Assembly: GCA_029240715.1 (NCBI GenBank)
Contig: JARDZR010000002.1
Location: 1-49,897, forward strand
From: Gammaproteobacteria bacterium
Lineage (GTDB): Bacteria; Pseudomonadota; Gammaproteobacteria; Francisellales; CACEW01
Length of the DNA stretch: 49,897 nt
Direction of reading: 5' to 3'
Position 1 is the first letter of the stretch, and every line of letters starts with the position of its first letter. Of this stretch, positions 42,615 through 49,897 are shown piece by piece. Both the position numbers and the translations under genes were made by a program. Under the pieces are notes generated by a model. It was given only the letters and a program-made list of their open reading frames with translations. It was not told the origin of the DNA and made no database searches.

Positions 42615-43484
42615 ATGCAGCTTAAGAATTCTCTGCTTATGTTATTTATCAAGGTCATTGTCTTTTATTATCTGGCAATGGACATAGGGGAACAGCTATT
42701 CAGATACATCAGCTATTTGAGTCTAAATTGGCTCTCAGCCTTGCAGCCGAATTGGCAACCTGTTATTCAAAATATTCTTGAATTAGATTATGGACGCTTT
42801 GTCGGAAGAATAGGGGCTTTCATTGGCACAATATTAGTATTTAGCATATATAGCTGGTTAGTTGATGGCATAAAGCTTAAAAATTCTTTGCTCTGGTCTG
42901 TTAAGGAGAAATTCAGCTACTTTATAAAAGGAAGTGCCTTAGGATCGACCATGGTGTTAATAATGATAGCCCTGGTTTTGGTCACTGGCGCCATTCACTT
43001 AAGCCCGCAAACTTACTGGTCAAGCTATCTTTTGCCCGTTATATTACTTTATATAATAAGCATGCTTCTTACAGCCGCCTCAGAAGAGCTGATCTTTAGA
43101 GGTTATATTCTGGATAACCTGCTTAAAAAGCTTAATCCACATTTAGCGGTCATGCTCACAGCTTTGCCATTTGGTTTGCTGCACTTATATTTTACCGGAA
43201 GCTTTTTATATGCGATTCAAGCCACGCTGTTTGGAATCGTAGCAGGCTATGCTTACGTTTGGAGTAGAAATCTATATTTCTGCATCGGCATGCATTTTGC
43301 CTGGAACTGTATTGAATCCATCGTATTTTCTCAAGACTTATTTATGCTCAAGGTTAATAACGTCTTGTTAGCTGGTGCCAAGAATATCACGCCTGATCGA
43401 GAAGGCTTACTCAGCTTACCGGGACTCATGATTGGCTTTGCTGTTTTATATACCTGCAGAAGAATGTTGCAACCCAATCGCTAA
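42615..43484 (+). CDS. CPBP (CAAX/Abi) intramembrane glutamic endopeptidase
   Basis: SEELIFRG (EExxxR), FGLLH, HFAWN; multiple TM segments. Confidence 0.9.
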   Translation: MQLKNSLLMLFIKVIVFYYLAMDIGEQLFRYISYLSLNWLSALQPNWQPVIQNILELDYGRFVGRIGAFIGTILVFSIYSWLVDGIKLKNSLLWSVKEKFSYFIKGSALGSTMVLIMIALVLVTGAIHLSPQTYWSSYLLPVILLYIISMLLTAASEELIFRGYILDNLLKKLNPHLAVMLTALPFGLLHLYFTGSFLYAIQATLFGIVAGYAYVWSRNLYFCIGMHFAWNCIESIVFSQDLFMLKVNNVLLAGAKNITPDREGLLSLPGLMIGFAVLYTCRRMLQPNR

Positions 43485-43581
43485 GCTGCTGCCATTTTTT
43501 AACTTGCTTCTTATACACGTATTGAGCAGGCCAATTATAAGGAATAAACTTAAAGTTCTATCCTAACAAGAGGGCTTAGAT

Positions 43582-43662
43582 ATGAAATACATCATAGCTT
43601 GGATTTTAGGCGTGCCTATTACGATCCTGGTGATAATTTGGTTAATTGTACATGTGTTTTGA
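43582..43662 (+). CDS. 26-aa single-pass membrane peptide MKYIIAWILGVPITILVIIWLIVHVF
   Basis: SD-like AGAGGG upstream; fully hydrophobic ORF with a W-x-L-G-V-P motif; below the ORF-track cutoff. Confidence 0.6.
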   Translation: MKYIIAWILGVPITILVIIWLIVHVF

Positions 43663-43851
43663 TTGGCAATGAGAACAATATCTGACTGACGCCTAATGCT
43701 TTTGTTACTTTATGTAAAAGTTTTAAGGCTCAGGTTTTTACCGCCTCTACAGGTTTTCCCTTCTTTTTACGCAAGATATAAAGCGCTAAGGGGCTGCAAT
43801 TTCTTTTACAGCTGCTATCCTTAGAAAATCATATTAAGAAGGAGCATTTCT

Positions 43852-44229
43852 ATGCCATTGATTCAAATTTCTTTAGTCGAAGGCAAGTCACCACAATATA
43901 TTAAGGCCATTGCTGACGGCATTCATGAGGCTTTACTGACTGCCTGGGGCATTCCAGAACTAGATCGTTTTCAAACCATTACCGAGTTTAAAAAAGAGCA
44001 TTTCATCATTAATAAACAAATGTGGGACGTTAATCGCTCTGAAGATGTGGTTGTAATTTACATCACGTCTATTAAACGTTCCCAAGAAATGAAATTGGCC
44101 TTATATAAAGAACTGGTGAAGGTTTTAGGAAACAATCCTAAAATACGCAAAGAAGACGTATTTGTGACAATTGTTCAGAACGATCCTGAGAACTGGTCGT
44201 TTGGAAACGGAATAGCGTTCCAGCTTTAG
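43852..44229 (+). CDS. Tautomerase-superfamily protein
   Basis: N-terminal catalytic Pro (MPLIQI), DRFQ, ENWSFGNG; SD AAGGAG. Confidence 0.88.
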   Translation: MPLIQISLVEGKSPQYIKAIADGIHEALLTAWGIPELDRFQTITEFKKEHFIINKQMWDVNRSEDVVVIYITSIKRSQEMKLALYKELVKVLGNNPKIRKEDVFVTIVQNDPENWSFGNGIAFQL

Positions 44230-44261
44230 AATGAAAGCTTAGCGCCTGCTTTAAAAGCTGG

Positions 44262-44615
44262 TTACTCTACTACTTTTTTAACATAGCATGACTTTAACTT
44301 CATAGGCCCAATGCCAGGAACTTTACAATCAATATCATGGTCACCCTCAACTAATCGTATATTTTTAACCTTGGTTCCCACTTTAACCACCAGAGAACTT
44401 CCTTTCACTTTTAGGTCTTTTATTACTGTAATATCATCACCATCAGCAAGAATAGCTCCATTGCTATCTTTAACTACTTTTTCCTGATTAGACTGGCTCT
44501 CAGTTGCCGCTTCTTTTGACCACTCATGAGCACACTCAGGACAAACTAAAAGCAGGCCGTCTTGATAGGTATATTCTGAGTTACATTTTGGGCAGGCCGG
44601 TAACATTTTATCCAC
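44262..44615 (-). CDS. yjdM: PhnA/YjdM zinc-ribbon protein
   Basis: [37 protein letters not shown]. Confidence 0.92.
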   Translation of the reverse strand: MDKMLPACPKCNSEYTYQDGLLLVCPECAHEWSKEAATESQSNQEKVVKDSNGAILADGDDITVIKDLKVKGSSLVVKVGTKVKNIRLVEGDHDIDCKVPGIGPMKLKSCYVKKVVE

Positions 44616-44792
44616 TTTTAATTATTCCTTCTTAATCTTATAGATAGCCGCATAATTTAATATATTAACAATTTATTGTACAACTGATCTTTAATGCTAT
44701 ATCTACCACAGCATTGGGTTCAAACATATCAATCATGCATTATTAGATTAAAAATTATCTTTTATCAGGCAATACTCTCAATAGGAATTTTT

Positions 44793-45665
44793 CTAGTGCC
44801 CGCCCTTAATCAAGGTATAAACTGCATCCACCACAAGATTAGGCTGGAACTTCTGAATATAATGGTCGCTACCGTAAGCATAGATATGCATCGAATTCGG
44901 CGATAATTTTGCCAACTGATTTTGATAACCTTCCCATAAATATTGATCTTTTTTTTCTGTCATGGTAACTGATTGCCCAGTTTCTGAAATCATATGAAAA
45001 ATGGCACTAGGATTCATTGAGCCGTGATAGGATGCTGTAAGAACAATAATTGGGATATGCGGAAAAGGTGGTGCTTGTTTCACCTGGGCTTGAGACGTCT
45101 TAAATCCTAAGGCCTCGCAATAGGCCGGATCAGTTTTCGGAGGCAGGCTTCCACTAAAAGCCTGGTTAGGGCTTGCTGCATCTATAAACACAGCCCCTGA
45201 TACTTCTTTGGGGTAGAGCCTCGCAAACATTTGAATATAAAGCCCGCCATCCGAGTGCCCTACTAAAATATAAGGTGGCACCAATTTTTCAGCGTGAAGT
45301 AATGCATGCAGATTTTCGGCAATTTGTTTTGCAGTCACAAGACTATTTGCATCAGGTTGGCTCTGACTATACCCTAAATTGACACGATCATAAGTCACCG
45401 CACGAGCAAACTGAGCAACCAAGGGAACAACTTGATTCCAAGTATCTCCTGTATTTCCTCTTCCTGATTCAAATACAACTACAGGGCCTGTATTTCCCTG
45501 CACATTCACAAACAATTGATATGCTCCGACATCGACACATTGGCCTATTGATTTAGGCACATTTGGACATTTGGGGTCTGCTAGCAAAGTTTTAGTGAGA
45601 CTGGCTAATAAAACAAAACATAGTAATCGTACCCAAAATTTTGACATCAGCTGTTTTCTCTTCAT
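44793..45665 (-). CDS. Exported alpha/beta hydrolase
   Basis: Signal-peptide-like N-terminus, VTYDR.NLGYS, ILVGHSDGG (GxSxG), GSDHYIQ. Confidence 0.88.
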   Translation of the reverse strand: MKRKQLMSKFWVRLLCFVLLASLTKTLLADPKCPNVPKSIGQCVDVGAYQLFVNVQGNTGPVVVFESGRGNTGDTWNQVVPLVAQFARAVTYDRVNLGYSQSQPDANSLVTAKQIAENLHALLHAEKLVPPYILVGHSDGGLYIQMFARLYPKEVSGAVFIDAASPNQAFSGSLPPKTDPAYCEALGFKTSQAQVKQAPPFPHIPIIVLTASYHGSMNPSAIFHMISETGQSVTMTEKKDQYLWEGYQNQLAKLSPNSMHIYAYGSDHYIQKFQPNLVVDAVYTLIKGGH

Positions 45666-45894
45666 TTGGTAATTTTGTAGGTTAGTAAAATTTGATCATT
45701 TATGCAAAAGCTTAAACTATAAATGCTGCATAAAACTATCCTACTCTTTGATTTTGTTGGCTTTGATACAAAGCAACATTTTCCGAAATTACCAAGAATG
45801 CGAAGTCATGATGCGCAGATAAACTAATGCTTTTAAATGTGGGACAATGTACTTACAAGTGATTTTACATAGGAAATATCCCGGAGAATAAAAA

Positions 45895-46958
45895 GTGAAG
45901 GTCAGTCTAAAAAAGATCGGTTTATTTTTAATTCTGTTAGGCTTTATTGCCAATGTAAGCATAGCCGGGCAAAATCCAGTTGCTACTAATACAGCCTTTT
46001 CTAAACGCTATATTCCCGTGATGAAGCGGGAAGTAGCATTTGTCGGTTTAGGTACACTAGAAATAGGCCGTGATTGGGGCGTCGGTACACAGGCTCAAAG
46101 GTCTCACCCATCTGATACCATAGCGCAACAGACTTTAAAAACGTGTGGGAGAATATCTACTTAGCTCAGGTAATCGAAATCAGATTTTATTAGAAAGTAA
46201 AGTCGGTGAAAGCTCATTATTAGCAAAGGACAACCGCTGTAAAGTAACGAGCTATGATAAGGCTTATTGTAACGACCCTGCTTCAACTTACGATTTTAGC
46301 GCTTCTGCTGTGAATAAAGATATCAACACTAGTCTACAAGAACTCCACACTTCATATTTAGATATCGTTTTTATTCATCTCGGCCCTGCTCCTGAGAAAG
46401 TATTAGGTAATGGGGAAACTGTTGCTGAGCTAAATTCACTATATCGGAGTTTCAATTGATGATCCCAAATTAGCTATACACTGTATAGAATCTGGAGATT
46501 TCGATGCTGTTGAACTGGAATATAACTTGCTCAATCAGTCTAATGCTAAAGCCATCGAACTTGCTCATCAAAAAGGAATGGCTGTCATCGTACGCGGAGG
46601 ACTTGGAACAGGCTTACTCACACCGAAAGTAGCCCCTTTTTTAAATGATCCAGATCTCCCCTATCGCAATCAAATTAAAGCCCTACTTAATCTAACCCAC
46701 GGTAGTTATCAGCAATTAATGGCTTTAGAATTAGCCTTTTTATATAGCAATCCGAATATAAGCTCAGTTATTATTGGAGCAGCGAATCCGACAGAATTAG
46801 AAGAAGATGTTCAACTTCTTAATACTTTTAATAATCCTGAACTAGTTCAGCAAGCTGCAACTCTCATGCAAAAATATCCAAGCGGCCCCTTTACCGATTC
46901 AGTGGATGCCTATTTTGCTAAAAAATTAAATAATCAACAAAGCGTTGCGCAAAATTGA
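45895..46958 (+). pseudogene. Aldo/keto reductase pseudogene (three frames, two internal deletions) with N-terminal signal peptide
   Basis: Fragments GLGTLEIGRDWG | ESKVG...SLQELHTSYLDIVFIH | YIGVSIDD...ELEYNLLN...IVRGGLGTGLL...SSVIIGA. The DTAxxY segment is missing at ~46140 and a short segment at ~46432. Confidence 0.82.
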
Positions 46959-47001
46959 AATCAGAATGCTTTCATTTGGGTTTCGTCTTATTATCAATAA
47001 T

Positions 47002-47022
47002 AGCTCGCGCTATGCGAGCTTT
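47002..47022 (+). terminator. Possible terminator hairpin
   Basis: agctcgc-gctat-gcgagct followed by a short T run. Confidence 0.35.
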
Positions 47023-47059
47023 ATCCAAGACAATGCCACGCTTATTGAGGTGATAGGTA

Positions 47060-47224
47060 ATGGTGAAAAAGAAAATACACATCAAACGGGTTTATGATCC
47101 CCCGTTAAAATCAGATGGATTTAGACTATTAGTTGATAGGCTATGGCCCCGTGGCATTAAAGATACGCAATATAATAATGCGCAGGCCCTACAAATATTT
47201 TTTAAGACCTGGGCAGAGCCTTAA
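47060..47224 (+). pseudogene. DUF488 (YeaO-like) gene with a large in-frame internal deletion
   Basis: 54 aa: [26 protein letters not shown] fused directly to the family C-terminal motif [10 protein letters not shown]. Confidence 0.78.
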
Positions 47225-47277
47225 AATCTTTAACATTTGCACAGCGGATAGGGTTTTTAAATCCTTTCTTTCTAAGC

Positions 47278-48369
47278 TCAAAGGCGGTATTGATGAACAA
47301 GAATAGGCTCAATATAGGCAATAGCAAATATCCCATTCTCGGAATCAGTCATAATGACTATACCCTGCCCAGTATTAGGAAATATTGTCATAGTATTATA
47401 GTAGCCTAAGTTATGGCCAGTTTTAGTAAAGTTCAAATCTTTACCTGATCCATTTACAACAACACCAAAACCAAAAGGAGAATTAGGCTGACGCTTGAGC
47501 ATTTGTTTTGCGAGTTTTTGACTGACTAACCCCCCTTTTCCTAAATAGGCATCATTAACATTAATGGCAAATTTTGCTAAGTCAGAAGGTGTTGACCATA
47601 AACCACCAGCAGCAGAAATTGCGTAATTATTCCAGCCCCCAGGAATCATTGATCCGTCGGCTAGAAAAGCAGGAATCGCTTTAGACTTTAACTGACCACT
47701 TAACGGAAAATCAAAAGTGCTATCATCCATTCCAATGGGATTTAAAACATTTTTTGTCGCAACTGCTGCAAATGATTGCCCTGATACATCTGTAATAAGT
47801 TGCTCAAGTACTTCATAGCTGCCGCCGGAATAAAAGAATCTTGACCCTGGTTGGTAAAAAACTTGTGTGGCAGGGGTGTTTGCAGGGGGCTCTCCATTTA
47901 GGATTTGATTTAGCGTGGGTAATGCCTCTCCCTGAGAGTGCCCCGGGTAGCCACCGACAGATAATCCAGATGTCATGCTTAGTATCTGTCTTAATGTTAC
48001 AGGATGATTAAGGGTGTATTGGTTATTAGTAATATACCAAGATTTAAGTTCGTCATTGACGGGCGTATCTAAATTAAGCTTTCTATTCTGAACCAAAATT
48101 AAAGCGGTATAGGCACTAATTGATTTAGTAATAGAAGCTGCCTGAAACATAGAATGAGTGTTTACTATGATTGAAGGATCAGCTGATACAGTCTGCACTG
48201 CAACAATCTTATTATGCTTTATAATTGCATACCCCACCACTGGCACATTATAAGCTTGCATAATATAAGTTAGCGCTTGGTCAATTGATGCTGTTGAATC
48301 AGCATAGCTAATTTGGATTCCAAAGATCATACTGGCTATTGAAAGCCCAAACAGCCTTAAACAGTTCAT
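47278..48369 (-). CDS. Exported beta-lactamase-family serine hydrolase
   Basis: Signal peptide, FQAASITKS (SxxK), YSGGSY, AAGGLWSTPSDLAKF, KTGHN. Confidence 0.88.
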   Translation of the reverse strand: MNCLRLFGLSIASMIFGIQISYADSTASIDQALTYIMQAYNVPVVGYAIIKHNKIVAVQTVSADPSIIVNTHSMFQAASITKSISAYTALILVQNRKLNLDTPVNDELKSWYITNNQYTLNHPVTLRQILSMTSGLSVGGYPGHSQGEALPTLNQILNGEPPANTPATQVFYQPGSRFFYSGGSYEVLEQLITDVSGQSFAAVATKNVLNPIGMDDSTFDFPLSGQLKSKAIPAFLADGSMIPGGWNNYAISAAGGLWSTPSDLAKFAINVNDAYLGKGGLVSQKLAKQMLKRQPNSPFGFGVVVNGSGKDLNFTKTGHNLGYYNTMTIFPNTGQGIVIMTDSENGIFAIAYIEPILVHQYRL

Positions 48370-48546
48370 AAGTAATTCTCCCAAAAGGTATACTTATAGA
48401 GTATAGATGCTCGTTGACATAGGGCAATAAGGTGTTGCGCAGCACCTTTCAAATGAAAAGCTGCCCTACTTTTTGTTTTGTTATACCTTGTTGTTATATT
48501 TGAGATATATTAGCCATAGAAATTTATGAACTGGAGGTTTTGATAA

Positions 48547-48786
48547 ATGAGAATTAAAGGCTTTGGTGGCATTTTTTGGAGAACTCGTGATATAGACGCA
48601 TTAAAACAATGGTACAATGAAACATTGCTAATTTCTCTACAAGAATGGAATGGAACAGTTATTAAACCAGATTCAGATAACGAAACAATATTTTCTTTAT
48701 TTAAACACGAGAGTGAGTATTTTCCGAAAGAACAAAAAGAAATAGGACAAAAAGCACAAAGAATCTGCTATGGAATGGCGCTATAA
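48547..48786 (+). pseudogene. VOC/glyoxalase-family gene, C-terminally truncated
   Basis: MRIKGFGGIFWRT...WY...IFSLF...YFPKEQ, then unrelated residues; lacks the NF.V and DPEG motifs of the second half. Confidence 0.65.
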
Positions 48787-48819
48787 ACTGCTAGATGCGA
48801 CTATGCATATTATATTAAA

Positions 48820-49897
48820 TTGCTTAAAATGCCTCTCCTTCAAGTATATAAAGGCGCATTTACCGCAATGCATAGTCGTCGTAGATTGATCCAAGTCGCA
48901 TTAGATTGGACTCGAGCCAAAGATCCACCGCTTTCTTTAGGGCATGCCTCTATTTTAGCGAATTTAAAACGCCATGATATTCCAATGCTTGAAAAATCAT
49001 GGGCTATTAATCACGATGCCTTTGATTCAAAACAAGTCGTTGCTTTTGCTATGGAGCATGCTGCAACAGAAACTGATTTTGCCATCGGCGCTTATATTTG
49101 GAATGAAAAAGCAGTTCAACAGATTCTCAAATCCCTTAAAACCTATAGATTTCCAGGCCGTTTAATTGTAGGGGGCCCTCAAGTAAGTTACATCAGCGAT
49201 AATGCTATATTAGAACAGCTCTATCCCGAAGCCGATGTATTTATTCGCGGCTATGCAGAAAATGCGCTATTGAAGCTCTTACAAAGCTCCAGCAGATTTG
49301 GAGTCATTGCCCTCCCCTTTTTTGACGGGACTGATTCAGCCCCAAGCTTTCATACGCTGGGAAACTCAAAGAGGTTGCCCATTTAGATGTTCTTTTTGCC
49401 AACATCGAGAACCTGACAAAGATTATTTAACTCGCCGGCATTTACACAGGTCGCGTATTGAAGCTGAAATCAATTGGATTGGGGCTAACCCTATTATTAA
49501 TGACATTGCGGTATTAGACCCCACCTTCAATTCTGGTCCTTATGCCCCTGCAACTCTTAATTTATTGAGACTTGCAGGTTACAAAGGGAAGCTAGCACTG
49601 CAATGTCGAGCTGATATGATCAATGCTGAATTTATGCGAGCAGTTTGTGAATTAAACAAACAAGCCCAAGTGGTTTTAGAATTTGGCTTGCAAACCATTC
49701 ATAGTAAAGAACAACGTCTCATTGAACGCCCCACCAATTTAAGGAAAGTAACACAGGCCATTACCGCTTGTATCGAGCAAGGCATTACAGTAGAGGTTTC
49801 CTTGATTTTTGGTTTGCCAGAGCAAACGCTAGATTCCTTTCAAAAAAGCATTGATTATTGTATGGCGCTAAACATTCCAACCATCCATGCTTTCCCA
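48820..49897 (+). pseudogene. B12-binding radical SAM gene, frameshifted near 49290 and running off the window end
   Basis: Frame 1 encodes a cobalamin-binding domain (GAYIWNE, VGGPQVS, FIRGYAE). The +1 frame continues ADLESLPSPF...ETQRGCPFRCSFC (CxxxCxxC at 49376-49399)...EFGLQT...LIFGLPEQT and is open to base 49897. Confidence 0.82.

Noticed and set aside
49308-49326. Programmed +1 frameshift at CCC TTT TTT G in the radical SAM gene
   Set aside because: Family-like residues (ADLESLPSPF) are already in the +1 frame upstream of this run, so the break is earlier and is better explained by a deletion.

Overview
A window of a low-to-moderate-GC gammaproteobacterial chromosome. The mdh sequence recalls Francisella-type enzymes and there is a Legionella LqsR-like regulator, so the host is probably a Thiotrichales/Legionellales-like lineage (inference). 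The first ~33 kb is mostly core genes: yhdP-nitrilase-tldD-recX, alaS, malic enzyme-mdh, gatCAB, ttcA, rlmKL, valS, pepA, lptFG, secB, with a few Cys-motif orphan genes interspersed. The standout feature lies between pepA and valS, where holC usually sits. It is a compact minus-strand module (23863-27335): a Phe/Ser-rich 17-aa upstream ORF, an XYP-type tRNA-dependent cyclodipeptide synthase (CDPS), a soluble PAS-PAS histidine kinase with an LqsS/CqsS-like kinase core, and an LqsR-family response regulator. It looks like a Legionella-style quorum-sensing cassette with a CDPS in place of the LqsA autoinducer synthase. From 33.4 kb there is an accessory region. It holds a methyltransferase + serine-racemase-family enzyme + bimodular NRPS (A-T-C-A-T-TE) operon, a secreted pepsin-like protease, a CPBP protease, small enzymes, and four genes eroded by internal deletion or truncation (aldo-keto reductase, DUF488, VOC, B12 radical SAM). 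I saw no rRNA, tRNA, CRISPR array, integrase or transposase. All family assignments come from motif recognition by eye; no database search was run.
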